Origin: Zygnema circumcarinatum SAG 698-1b
Lineage: Eukaryota; Plantae; Zygnematophyceae
Length of the DNA: 64,000 nt
Assembly (NCBI GenBank): GCA_037447605.1
Contig: CM074804.1
Location: forward strand, 3,573,909 to 3,637,908
Direction of reading: 5' to 3'
A program made the translations under genes and the position numbers. The notes below the pieces were generated by a model. It saw nothing but the letters and a program-made list of their open reading frames with translations. It searched no databases and had not been told where the DNA came from. This document shows positions 25,401-37,816 of this stretch, piece after piece; the stretch's first letter is position 1; the number at the start of each line of letters is the position of its first letter.

Positions 25401-26998
25401 TCCTCCTGTCTGAAAGTCCAGCTTCAGCTTGTTTCATGCTCTGCCTACTTAACACAAAACCTTATGTTGTGCTATGCCGACTCTAAAGATGCAATCTCGC
25501 CTGTAACTTGCGACTGACAAAAGCAAGACCCAAAAACGTCGATCAATAGTATCTCTGTTTCCACATTTTTTTGGAGTTTTAAGGTTTATAATGAAAAAGA
25601 AAGCACAAGAGCGTCGGACAAGTTGAAAGGGATACTCGTAGAGCGGTACGTTTTTGCGAGCATCATTTGTTGCTGCAGGTGAAGTTCCTGGCTGCTGGGG
25701 GCGCTCTGCCACTGATGTATCACCAGGAATACCCGAAACAGCAGGGTTTGCAATTGAGACTTTTGGCAACCGCTGTTCAGACTTGCTATTGCCCTTGAAG
25801 ATCACAGTCGTTCCATTTGTTACAGTAACTGGACTGGAAGCAGGCTTAGGGCCTGCAACATCGACCTTGCCGTCGGAAGTGCTAGCAGAGCCTCCACTGG
25901 CAGACAGCTTCAGTAAGGATGCTCCAACATCCGCTTTTGAAGTCTCGTTTGCATGACATAGACTGGTTATCTGCGAACAATTTAGAAGGCCTTACGAATG
26001 CAGCTGAAGTGATGACATCACTGGAGTTCACAAGCCGGAAAAAAAGACCGGCCTGAACTGAGCTAAGAAATTGAAAAAAGTTGTCTCTAGTTAATTACTA
26101 GACTATGCGAAGAATAGAAACTTAAAGGACTCAGCATGCTTAACGAAATGAAAATAATGAACCGGAGGTACTGAATCACCCATCGGAGACACAAACACGG
26201 CCTTTTCGTAACCCTAATTGCCTGCTTCATGCTTCATGCTGAGGATAACTTCATTCTGAAAATAAGAAAACGCGAAAGGACAAACAAAAGCAGTTGTGCA
26301 GCAAACCTGAAGCCGAGCACCCGCTTCTGCGCACTCTTGGCATTCCACGCCTCCAGCATCAAGCAGGCAGTAAGTGGTCGTAGCTGCAATGCATCCGCAA
26401 TGTACGCGCTGCGCAAAGCAGGCCTCCCCTATCACTCGCTGTGCAGCAGTTCGTGCGTTTCCTTTAAAATGAGATGCCCTCTAATATATACAGGCTTTGC
26501 TAAAAGATTCATATCCTGCTCATAAGGAAGGCTTTCCCGTGACGACGAGAAAACAATGAACTTGTTTGCTACATACAATCCTTCACTACTTAACCACGAG
26601 GCAGAAGGATTGCATGTATGAAAAGCTGCTCACTTTCTTGCAAAAATTGCACGTCCTCCACCCGGATTCAGCATAGTGGAAAACTTCACAGAAGCGTCGA
26701 TCGACATACGCACGTCTGAAACCTCCAAGAGGGAACACATGCGATTGTAGCCATGATCAAAACATGAGCACAATCCACGCTCCATTAGAGAACGAAAAGA
26801 TCTTCTGCGCGCCAAAACATGCATTTTCTGCCCTCCCTTCAGTTCTCCGACTCGCCTCGCGGCTACAGAGGAAAGGAGCACACACCCGCATTCGTCGCAG
26901 AGCGGCGCCAGCTGCCCGCTCCTGAGCATCCACCCCTTGCGTTTGGGCGGCAGCGCGGGATTGCCGCAGCGCTTGTTGGCGCAGCGCCGGGCCTCCAT
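22481..26998 (-). CDS. VAL: VAL1/HSI2-like B3 transcriptional repressor (PHD-like + B3 + CW zinc finger)
   Basis: Exons 26998-26886, 26715-26634 and 26408-26307 encode [44 protein letters not shown]3: [26 protein letters not shown] / [20 protein letters not shown] / GDTVTFSR. Also [18 protein letters not shown], and CW domain [30 protein letters not shown]. The exons 3' of 22941 are tentative. Confidence 0.9.
24900..25635 (-). other. Candidate U12-type intron in the VAL-like gene
   Basis: Donor GTATCCCTTT (one base off consensus) at 25635; branch TTCCTTGAC at 24917-24909, 9 nt before the intron end; phase-2 junction gives PLYE-PGKS. Confidence 0.55.
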
Positions 26999-27213
26999 GG
27001 CGCCTCGCCTCACCTCGCCTCGCCCCGCCTCGCCTTGCAGCTCGGCCTCCCGCCCGTTAGGGTTTCCGCCGGCCACGCTCTTTGAACCACGCCACAAATC
27101 CGGGGCCGTACCATACGGCCGAAGCCAGTGTACGGACAGCAGGAAGCACTGTAGCGTTGCAGGCTCGCGGCAGCGCTCGCGCCGTGCATGGCGCTGCAAG
27201 CTCGCCGGCCTAG

Positions 27214-27283
27214 CAGTGGGGGGCCTACATATACGAGTTGGGGGGGGCTGTCCCCCTCGGCAAAAATCTTGGATCCGAGATTG
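27214..27283. mobile_element. Degenerate ~70-bp micro-MITE (CAGTGG...GGATCCGAGATTG)
   Basis: Resembles the 69-bp element at 27574-27642 along its length (cagtgg..tacatata..gttgggg..gcaaaa..). Its right end is an inverted, decayed copy of the CAGTGGCGGATCCAGGATTTTTG terminus. Confidence 0.55.
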
Positions 27284-27386
27284 TAGCCTTATAAGGCTCT
27301 CCTGTTTCGCAGACTGCTGGCTGAGTTGCGGACAGTGTTGAACTTGCATCGCGCGAGGTATGCAGGTTTTAGTTTGCTTCTAGCAG

Positions 27387-27568
27387 CAGTGGCGGATCCA
27401 GGATTTTTGCTTAAGGGGGGCTAAACATGAATTTCAAAATCTGAGGGGGGGCTAAGCACTCGTTCAGTATAAAATTCATAAGATAAAATTAAAAAAGTTT
27501 TTTTTCAATATCGCGGAGGGGCTAAGCCCCCAAACTCGTGTGTACGCCTGCCACTGGGTCCGCCATTG
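27387..27568. mobile_element. MITE with CAGTGGCGGATCC terminal inverted repeat (hAT-like non-autonomous element)
   Basis: Left end cagtggcggatccaggatttttg, right end gggtccgccattg; internal gggggctaa repeats and an AT-rich core; no ORF. Confidence 0.75.
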
Positions 27569-27573
27569 CCTGG

Positions 27574-27642
27574 CAGTGGCGGATATACATATATAAAAGT
27601 TGGGGAAAAAATCTCTCAGCAAAAGGCCTAGACCCGCCACTG
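27574..27642. mobile_element. 69-bp micro-MITE, same TIR family
   Basis: cagtggcggat ... acccgccactg, near-perfect 11-bp inverted ends. Confidence 0.7.
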
Positions 27643-28247
27643 CTCCTTAGCTGCATCTCCAACGCTGAATATGGGCCTCACACCTACTTCACCAAATTCG
27701 AGTATAGCGCAAAAGCGCGTACACTAAGCGAGCACTATCTGCTCACACTCGGCTATTCACACTGCTTGTTGCATGCAGATAATTATCTAAAAGGCACCAT
27801 TACGATTTTGAACGCCGTCGTGGTGCGCACCGCGGGACAATAAATCGGTGCGAGGCGGAGTGGCCACGCAACTGAGTGGTCAGCCAAAGCCAAAGACACC
27901 CTATAGTGGTTTGGCTCGCGGTGCACAAAGGAGCCTGATGCAAATAAGACAATTTTTATGTTGTCGTGTACATTTTCTTTTGTCCTTTTATCTTTTATTA
28001 AATCTTTCATTTGCAGCCATGCGCTTTACACTCGGCCGCCCTTGCTCGAGCTAGACCTAAATTGCCACTTATTTTGCAATCTCCGCCTCGTCCGTCTCAA
28101 TAGAGCCCGCCCCTTGTAATATAAGCCACATTCTTGTAAACCATCTTGTCGTTACAAACAAACATATGAGAGCCGTGCATGGTTCAGTCCCTCATGTTGA
28201 ATGTACAACACGCTTCGAGCCGTCCCTTTAGAAAGATGCGCATGGAG

Positions 28248-28408
28248 CAGTGGCGGATCCAGGATTTTTGTTGAAGGGGGCCTAAGCCCTCTTTCAACAT
28301 AAAATACATAACAAATAAAATAGAAATAAAAGTTGACGTTTCAAAATCGGCGGGGGAGCTAAGCCCCCCCATCTTGTACATGTAAGCATGGAGGCCATTG
28401 CGGCACTG
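28248..28408. mobile_element. Further copy of the CAGTGGCGGATCC MITE with a decayed right end
   Basis: Starts cagtggcggatccaggatttttgttgaaggggg, matching 27387, and shares the gctaagcccccc motif. An 8-bp direct repeat gcatggag occurs at 28240-28247 and 28386-28393 (possible hAT-type TSD). Confidence 0.65.
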
Positions 28409-28454
28409 CCAATAGGGATGGCCGTAAAATTATTATTTCTTAAAATTGATTATA

Positions 28455-29340
28455 GGAAAATGCTACTTACACACCTTTTTTCTAGATACACGCCTTTTTT
28501 CGCCGGTCAGATTTAATTTTAGGGTTTGTAGGGTAGGGAGTTTTTTTTGTTATCAAGAAGGTGTGTATCTAAACAATGAAAATAATACTTCGCCCCCCTT
28601 TTGGGTTATCCCGCCCCATTTTTTTTTTGAAATCCCGCCCTCCCATCTTGGCTATTCCCCCCCCCCACCCATTTTGGACATGTCGGGAGGTGATAACCCC
28701 TCCCCTTCCTTCCACTCCCTTCCCCTCCCCTTCCCTCCCCTCCCCCCATCCCCTCTTCTCGGTTTGCAGTTTCCACAGAAATGACTGAGTATAAGACTCG
28801 CGATGAGCTTGTACAAGTCAGGACCGAGCACTACAAGCACGACGGATTTCATATCAAGATCGCCAAGAATAGCGATAGTAGCCAACTTTACTTGCAATGG
28901 CAAGGGGACCTACGAGGATAGAGGTTAGGAAGAGAGTAGCAAGAAGAGAAATACTTCCAGCCGCTTGAAAAAATTCCCTTTCTGCTCTCTCTCCTCTTAT
29001 CTCTCTCCGTTGCTCTCTCTCTTTTGCTCTCTATCCTCTCTCTCTCTCTCTCTGGTCTCTTTCTCCCCTCTGCTCTTTATCTCTGCTCTCCATCCCCTAG
29101 TCTCTCTCCTCTGCTTTCTCTCTGCTAATGTGTCTTTACGGACGTTGCGCTGATGTGTGAGAAGGAGAAAACATGGAGGTGAATATCCAAAATTGAGCGG
29201 GGGCGGTATATCCGAAGCAAGGAGGGGGATAGCCAAAGTGGGAGGGCGGTATTTCAAAACAAAAATGGGGCGGAAACAACACAAAAATGGGGACGAAGTA
29301 TCATTTTCCCTGGACAAAGAAAGTGTAAATAGTAATTCTC
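28455..29340. mobile_element. Foldback / Mutator-like non-autonomous element with long degenerate TIRs
   Basis: About 28570-28670 (aataatacttcgcccc..cccgccccatttttttttgaaatcccgccctcccatcttggctattcccc) is the reverse complement of about 29222-29312 (ggggatagccaaagtgggagggcggtatttcaaaacaaaaatggggcgg..cgaagtatcatt). The outer ends ggaaaatgctacttacac and gtgtaaatagtaattctc also pair. CT-rich interior; no TSD found. Confidence 0.6.
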
Positions 29341-30037
29341 TCGTTCCGTACCGGTCAGCCCCCGCCCCGCCCCCCGGCGCGCAGCGGAGGCGTTACGTGA
29401 CGCGACAAAATAAGACCGGCAATGATGCGTCCGCGATCTGGGAGTTGCCCAATAATGGCCGGCTGACGCGGTGACCGCCAGTCAGGGATCGCCACGTGGC
29501 AGGTCGACTCGCGCGCGACGACCCTGCGACGCGTTCAGCGGCCACCCTGGCCGGGCGGGCGAGCAGACGGGCGGGCAGGTGCCGATCGGACGGCTGCGGC
29601 AGCGTGTGGGTGATCCGACGGCGGCGATGTAGTGACCGCCCGGAAATCCAGAAACGGGAAGTTTTTCTCGCGGGCGCTGACGTGGCGTCCGCATCCGGGC
29701 CCGCTACTGCAGTGCCGCCACGTGGCGGGCGGTTTCCGCTTGCCGTTGGGAGTGACCGACGGCCGTACGGCCACTTCACACGTGCGAGCGCTGCCCACAG
29801 GCCCTATGAAGGGGAGCCGAGGAACTTGCCTGCGCACTGGCGCTGCCCTCCCTCTCTCCCTCTCTCCCTCACCCCCTCTCTCTCCCTCCCTCCTCGGCGC
29901 TGCTGCGAGCTCGCGCTCAGCCCTCGAGCGGTCCTGCCGCGGGAGAACAATTCCTATTCGTTTGTAGCAGGCCGGAACGGGGAGGCCGAGGTGGGCTCGG
30001 TTTGCGTAGGGAGGGAGTGATTTTGGCGGTGAAGAGG

Positions 30038-31512
30038 ATGGGGACTGCGCGGATCCTGGTAGTTGTGCAGATAGCAGCGTTGTGTCTGGCAGGAGTGTGC
30101 GCCTATCCGCCTCCTCTACGCGGCAAAGGCGAGCGTGAGCGGACGTCGAATGGTGGCGCGGAAGACGCTCTCTGGTGCGTTCTGATGCCTCCCGCAGTGC
30201 ACCTTCTGCGGCTGCTTCTCTACACATCTGCATGTGGGAGAGGGATAGGGAGTGGGAGAAGACAGGAAGAAGTGGAAGGGGGAGGGAGAGAGTTGGATAG
30301 CGGGGAGAAGGGAACTGGAAGTGCGGGGAGAGCGAGATGGTAAGGAAAAGGGAGATAGTCGGAGAGGAGGGAGGGGGAGGAATAGAGCTGGAAGGGTGAA
30401 AGAGAGGAGTCGGGAACTGGAGAGGATAGAAAGGGAGGGGAGGGGGGGGGGGTGAGGGAACTGGAGAGGGACAGAGAAATAAAGGGACTGGGAGAGGAAA
30501 GGGAAGGAAAAACGTTAGGGGAGATGAAAATGGATGGGAGAGAGCAAGTGGACGAAACCGGCAGTCGAGGTGATGGTGGAAGAGAGTGGGAGCATGCGAG
30601 AATGGGGAAATAGAGAAAGAAGTGGAGCCAGATAGGACTTGTAGAGGGAGTGGGGCAAGGGAAAGGAGAGAATGAAAGGCGAATGGGATTTTGATGGGAC
30701 AAAAAGTTGCAACAATTGAGTAGGCGGGCTTCGCGTTGTGCGCGAATGCTTGCAGGCGGAGCGAGTACGCCGCGGTGACGCGGGCGGAGCGCGCGCTGAA
30801 CGCGGCGGTGCACCTCGAGCAGGCCGCGGCCAAGCTCCCCGCGGACGCGCCCGCGGGCCTGCGCACCGCCGCGGAGGCCGTGGAGGCGGCCGCGCGCCTC
30901 GCCAAGCGCAGGGACCTCCGCGCGGCGGCGGACATGGCCAGGGCCGCGCGCGCCCGCGTCGAGGTGAGGGGGGCAGGGGGGGTGCTTTGCTCTGCTCTGC
31001 TTCAACGTGGGGGGGGGGGGAGGGGCGTGGGGGTGGCATTCAGTGCTTGGTCGATATTTCTTTGTTGGTCGCCATGACTTCTGCAGAGAACGGCAACTGT
31101 GCGTGCGCCTGTATTGAGTGAGTAACAAGTGCGGTGGTACCTTCGTGGTCGACTTGTGCAGGATTACAAAGGCTCTGTGATGCGGCAACAAGGAGGAGAC
31201 AAGGAGCCCCTCGCCGCTGGGAGTATGAAGGCGTTGAAGAGCAGCGTCACCCATCTCACTCTCGCGCTGACCTATCTGGAGGAGAGCGCTGACGTCAGCC
31301 CCGGGTTTCAGAGCGGCGAAAGTTTGGAGGAGGAGGCGAGCCGGGGGGGCGAGGAGGGGACGGCGTGGCTGGACAACTATGACAGCGGGTCCTCCGAGGA
31401 GGAAGAGGAGCCTTTGACGGTTGTTAGGGCGGCGCATGAAGGTGAACCTCTGGGAGAAAGCTGGAGAGGGGTGAGAGAAAGATCCGAACAACGGAGCAGG
31501 AAATTGAAGTAG
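30038..31512 (+). CDS. Orphan secreted / signal-peptide protein, Ala-rich helical, acidic C-terminus
   Basis: Exons 30038-30174 (MGTARILVVVQIAALCLAGVCA-YPPP, signal peptide), 30756-30963 and 31162-31512 (or spliced again at 31441); GT-AG and phase-consistent. No family recognised. Confidence 0.6.
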
Positions 31513-32187
31513 AGCGAAGTGAATGTAATTACATGGTTAGATTACTGCAGGCTTTTGCGTATTCTGCGGAGGAGGGCAGTCGAGTAGGTCTGTACAAATC
31601 ACGATAAAGCAGCCTGCCCCTTTTTACTTTCATAGTGGAGGTTACTGCGGCTGGGGTCATCTGCTGGCACAAAAACCCGAAGCGAGAGAAGGCGCCATAG
31701 GTGCAGATTAAATAAAATAGAATAGGCGCTCTGCAGGATTTTTACCTGCGATTTTTTGACTATAGGTGAACAATTGACCGGGGTTGCTCCGCCCGCATAC
31801 CAAGACACGCTAAGTCCAGGTGAAGGAAAAAAACCATTAACTTGTGAATAGGCAATTTGGAGCTTTGTTTAGGTAGACCGGGCTTGTTTAGTCAAAGAAA
31901 AATGAAGCGCGCAGCGGATTTAGTTCTCGTCTTGAAAGTCATTGACATTCTTTTGCAATTACCTTACTTGGTCCAGGGAATACTTGATGTTGCTCTTAAC
32001 CAGAAAACTGAAATAGGTTGAAAACTTGAATTTATTGTTGCTTTACTTTTGTATATTCTACAAATTGTCTGCATTATCTGCAGTCAACAATAGACAGGCC
32101 AAAAAATGGTACTTTTATTCCTGTAAATTTCTGCCAACAAATTACAGCTCGAGCACTAGCTACACGCAGTTCTATTTCTTGCCTACC

Positions 32188-35100
32188 TCAAAACCAGCAG
32201 GGAATAGTGGGACTACTCTCCACACAGATTTTGATGATACCTGGGCGATACACATTGCTTCCTGTGTTCCGAACAAGAACGAGAATGTTATTTTCGTCTC
32301 CTCCGATACTGTGCCTTGTAGAGTACTGCTGAGACCTCAGTCTTCCTATACTTTGAGCTTCGCAGAAACCCAACGCCGCATTTTTTGAACTGCTCACACA
32401 GCAAAGATCCACCCACATTGAAAATTAACAAAACAGAAAACGCCACGTGCTCCCTCAAGCAATCTACCACCTGAGCTAGTTTCCATTATTTTGTGTTTTT
32501 ATTCTGGGAAAGAAAGGGGAAGCCTTACCTCCCACGCGGTGCTGCGGTTGTTACATATCCAATCACTCGCCGGGAGAGCCTCGGAGCAGCAATTGAGGCT
32601 GCCGCCATCTCCCCAGAGCTATGTCTCAGTGCCTCTACAGCAGAGACCTGCTCTGACTTTTTACGAAGCTTTCTTTTTGCTTGTTTCCGCGTTAATCCGG
32701 TAAACTTTGGTGTGGGTGCTGTGTCCTCAAACACTCCCTGCCATAGAGTGGACCTGCAGCAGGACGAGAAATGCGCAAACGCCAAGCTTGAGTACAATGC
32801 TGAAGGAAAAAGAATGAACTTACTGATTTTGCCGTCATTTCCACTCTTACCTCGAGCAGAAGGAGCTGAAGTCCTCCACAGTTGCTGCAAAGAGAGCGGC
32901 TCCTTCCTCTGCAACGCCTTTTCGTGGCATAGTTACTTCCACCTGCACCAAACATTTCACAAGATTCTCCTTTTTCTCGATCGCTGCAGCAGCTACAAAA
33001 GATTCAGTCTCTTTCAGCTTTCCAGGAACTTCCATGGGTCTCACTGACGTCCCATCTCTCCCAGCAACCAAGGCTTCTCCTCCCTTCTCTTCCTGACTCA
33101 CTACTCTCCAAGCCAATCTCCCTTCCCGCACTGCGTTTGCAATACCTCCTCCCCTGCCACCTGTCCGCCTGCTATTGGCAACACCTTGCATTTTCCCATT
33201 CGATACCTGACAACCTTTGTCAGCTTCTCTCACATTTCCTCTGACTGCTTTAGCCATGGCTGCTGCAGTCCTCGTGACAAAATGTCCTTCACTATCTCCC
33301 GTGTTTCCTGACGTTTCTGCTGATATAATGCTGGATACTATGCCTGAGTCCTCTTGCATCATCTGTTTCCCATAAAACGCCGATGCAGACGCGGCCTCGG
33401 AACCAAACAGGCTCTCCCACGCTGGAAGATGTGGAGCGATTGGTGGGCGATTGGATGCTGGTTTCCGCTCGTACTTGCTACGCAACTTCAAGAGCTGGGA
33501 AGTCATGTGAGTGAAGTAGCCTGGGCAATCAGGAAAGTCGTAAGGGAATAGGGGGTTTCCAGCCTGTGGGACGAGAGAAATCATATGACAAAGATTAAGC
33601 AAGTTCGGAGCAAAACCGAAGAAAAACCTGCATTGCTCTGACGAACATGGCGGCGCAGCTAACCTCAGCAGCGAGCCATCGCTTCTCCCGCAGTCCGAGG
33701 ACGTGCCCTCCCGCCTTGACAAGTGGCACCCAGAACGCATGTAGCCACGTGGCAGGCAGCAGGAGGGTCCACCTGGCCAGGATAGTTGAAGGTAAGGCTA
33801 AAAGTCACAAGGTCGGCGATAAATTGCACCCTCATTGCCAAATAAATCTATCGCACAAATGCAAAAGCCGAGTAAAAACAGTGTCTGGAAACCTGCAATT
33901 ACCTTTCTGCCGCAGCATTACCTCCCCAGTGTTTAATCAGTACCACATCACACCCCTCCTTCCCCACTTCAATGTCGTCTACGGCTTCTTCTCCACAAAA
34001 GAACGCCAGCTTTCTGCTCTTTCTCCGCATGCAGAGTTCAGCTTCCTTCTCAGGTCTGCTTGCAAGAGGAGAGACTGTCTCCCACAGAATGAGACTGTCT
34101 GCCAAGCCCTCCACTTCTCCTCCCAACACAGCCTTCCTCCACAACTTCACTCCTGCTCTCAGCTCTACCTTGCTATTTCCTCCTCTCCCCTGTTCCTTTC
34201 TGTTCCCTCGACCCTGCTCCCTACTGTTATCTCTCTCATTCCCGTCCTCCTCTCTCCTACCCTCTGCTCCTTCCAGCTTGCTTCCATCTGCTAGTTCCAT
34301 CTCTATTCCTTTTTCAGCAGAGGGATCCAATTCAAAATGCCGCGGATCTCGTACACGAAGGGCCAGGATTGTGCCCCCTGGCAGATAGTCAATATCTTGA
34401 AACACATCCCAACTACGAGATTTCATTTGCTGCTGCCTTCCAGACTCGGCCAATGGCAGGCTGTCACGTGGATCATGTGCGAAGGTTGCCGCTTCAGGCG
34501 CCGTCAGTTGGCTAACTGTGGAAGCTCCTCCTGGCCTTCAAGCCAAGTTCAAAAAGGGATATCAACAGTGTCAATCGTTGCATAAAAGAACATAAACACA
34601 CGACGATATTTCTAGCATTCTGCACACTTGAGGGACAAAAATAAGAAAAAATCGTCAACGACGAACTTGATGTTATTGAGATCTGTCCTTTGGCAGAGAT
34701 TTCCATTCCAGTTCATAAAACACCTAAGCTGAGCATTCCAACAAACAGCATCTGCCTAGGAGCGTGCCTCAGGAAACACCTGGTGGCAGGAGGAAGCAGC
34801 ACCTTCCGCAGGGTGGAGATTGCCTCTCTTCCAAAGAGCTCCAACTGCGCCATATTGCCTCGCCTGTCATGGAGTGTCACCCCTCCTTGCACCTATGGAA
34901 GGCAACAAGCGGGAGTGAGTAGAGAAGGAAGAAAAAGGGGCGATGCAAGGGAAGAGAGATCAGAATAGCACGGAGAGACAGATCTGTGGCTGCACCTGCT
35001 GGAGACATGCTGCTTGCAGAGCCTGCATTGAGTCCTTCCATGCTTCAGGATGGATGCAGAGCAGCAGCTGCCTCCCCTCCTCCTCCTCTTCCTCCTCCTC

Positions 35101-37400
35101 CCCTTCCCTCACATGCTGTGGCCTCCACATGGCCGAGACAGGACCAATCGCACCTCTCGGATAAGCTCCTACCTTGTGCAGCTGCTTGCAGAAACACATA
35201 AAAGTAGCTGAGTTGCTGGCGTGCAAGCCTAAAAAACCTAAGACTTATAAATCGGAACTGCTTCTTGCAGCTAGCTGAGCTTTAACCAGCATTTTGGTAT
35301 AACAAGGCGTCATCTGTTTTCGAAAAAAAGAGCTGTAGTGACTGGCAGCAGGAAGAAAGAGATTCTAGAGCTTCTCCTACTATGAAATGTCCGGCCAAAG
35401 CCCCATTGATGAAGGAGTTGAAGAAGAATCCAGTTGGGTCAGCGCTTGCCCACGATTGCGGAGGCAGAGGTGGACCTCCCAGTCTCACAAGTACAGCTGT
35501 GATAGCTTTCTGTGAAACCAATAACGTCCTCATGGCACAACTTCAGTCAACATGCAAGACGACGTAAAATTCGAAGGTTCAGTTAAACTACCAGCTCCTG
35601 TTTGATCAGACATAAAAACCAATAAACATGTTATCTTTTGCAACGTCTTTCAGTTGGCAAAGCAAAGCAAGGCTAGTTCGCGATGTTTATGTGATCTAAT
35701 TATGTTCTCTCACCTGTGGGCCTTGAAGCTCTGCAAAATAGTGATATGATGCATCATGCAGAAGGGTCGCCTCTCTTGCCCACTTCAGAACTGCGCGACA
35801 TCCTCGACCTCTGCACCCCCTTTCCCTGAACCATGAGCAATGCTTCATGCAAATGGGTGATTTACAGTTTCAACTTGCGAATACCATGAATAGCTCAATA
35901 ATGTCGCAAACAACACTTTTGAAAAAGTCAACCTGAGTGCATGGCATACACGACCAAAAGGAAGAGTGATTTGATAGATACTCCGACAAAACTAGCAGTT
36001 GCCCTTGTGCTGCTTCCTTGTAACGACAACATCCATCCAACAAATTGAGTTGTATTTGTGAATCTGTCACTTCAGAACAGCAGGACCTCCAAGCCCGATT
36101 ATTCTAAGCCCATTCAAATGGTGCTCGACTACCTTTCTTGTAAATGGTTCGTATGAAGTAAAGTGACGATGGGAAAGGCAGGGAGCGAAAGGAGAGAAGA
36201 ATGGGTAAGTAAATTTCGATGTTCCGGCGGTTCCAAATGCAATGCAGAACATTAGCTTTTTTCTTCTTCATCCATCAAGATTATTTTGACAAATTACTAA
36301 TCCGGATTAACAAAGGAAACCAGACACAGTGGAGCGCTTGAAAAAAACTGTGCACAAATTTATCGCGTTTGGCTTCTCGTCCAGTGTCATCATTGGAGAA
36401 GGTGCTCAAAGCTGTGGAGTAAAGTTTTAACTCGACTGTTTTGTGCTTAGAAACCCGCTTTCCATTTCTTTGTGCTATCTAATAATGAGTGTATCCGCGC
36501 TGCAAAGCCACTACTTGCTGATGTTGATCATTTTAGACCTGATTGACGATCAGACGAATCTCTCAGTCGTAGTTAATTATTGTCTAGAACAAGAAAAGGT
36601 CGTCGGAAGTACCATCGTGTCTCCTACTTCCCTTGATTTCCTTGAAATTTAATTTCTGTCGACGGGGCTTTCAAGCTTACTCCCTTAAAGGGCTCCTTGG
36701 ACAGCAGGTTAGTTTTAACGAGGCTCAACCATTAATCAGGGCAAGCACTTGATATAAAACCATGGCAATTGAATAATCACCTTCCTGGAAGGCCTGCGGC
36801 AAGGCAATGGCCCCAACACCTCTCCATTGTGAAGCGTTTCGCATGCCAGACATGGCTCCCAAGCCTTCTCGCTCCATCACTTGTAACACTTCCCCCCTCT
36901 TCCCCTCCTTTTCTAAACATATTTCGCCTCCGCAGCCTTCTACACAGCTTGCGACCCACTCCAGGATCCCCTTTTCTGTCCTCCTTCTCATCTTCCAGCC
37001 CTAATTCCCAATCTTCGGTTAGTTCCTCGCCTTCCGGCGCACAACTGACTTTAGAAGCAGAGCCAGATGTCAGAAACTTGATCCTTTTTCCCTTTTTCAA
37101 ACGAAAAAGCGACTTTCTGCGGTCATGGCTTCTAGTCCTCCTCCGAAGATGACGAGCAACGCTAACTGTTCCGAGAGGACTGGAACCCCAGCCTGCAGGA
37201 GTGTAGCCCTCTTTCCCTTGACCTCCTCCCTCTCCCTCCCTCTCTCCCTCTCCCTCCCCCTCTCCCTCCCCCTCTCCCTCTCTCTCCCACCCCCGTTGCA
37301 GAGCTGCGGAGAGGACAGCGAGCTCCGGAGCACGTGAAGTGGCGAATTGCAGGACGTCGAGGACTCGCGGGGCTCCTGGACGCGGGGAGGCCCCCGCCAT
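32188..37400 (-). CDS. POP1: Ribonuclease P/MRP protein subunit POP1
   Basis: Exon 1 37400-36781 (SRAPEL, RHLRRRTRSH, HVWHAKRFTM), exon 2 35810-35714 (GRGCRAV..LHDASY). POPLD region WTLLLPATWLHAFWVPLVKAGGHVLGLREKRW / FPYDFPDCPGY; C-terminal IGYVTTAAPRGSSKNAALGFC..LVLVRN. Stop at 32188. Confidence 0.93.
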
Positions 37401-37816
37401 GGCTGCTCGCTGCTTGGAGGGGGTCAACAGAGCAAAAATCGCCTGCAGGGGGTGGCCTTCAAGGGCTGCCCTCCAGCAAGCGTCCCGTGTGTGTGTATTG
37501 GATGTGACCCAATTACATCCTGTCACGTGGCAGAAATTCCTACGTGGCAACCCGTGATCGGCTTTTATTTCTATGGAACCCACCCCAGGGCAGCATTCTG
37601 CTCGTGGTTTCCTCGGCGAGGCAGTGAGGCAGCTGGCTTTGACCCGACAGCACGAGCTACTTTTTGAAATTTCGAAAATTATTTTTTCTTTTTTCCAAAG
37701 GCGTCGGCGGTAGGGGAGGAGACAATACGGTACAGGAATCTCGGGGCATTTCTCCAGCCCATTTTGCAGCTGCTTTCGTATCTATCTCTCTTCTCTATCT
37801 CTCTCTCACTCCTCGT

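Noticed and set aside
29393-31491. Long minus-strand ORFs (466 aa, 423 aa, 174 aa)
   Set aside because: Produced by GC-rich and polypyrimidine low-complexity DNA antisense to the secreted-protein gene; composition is S/P/L-biased.
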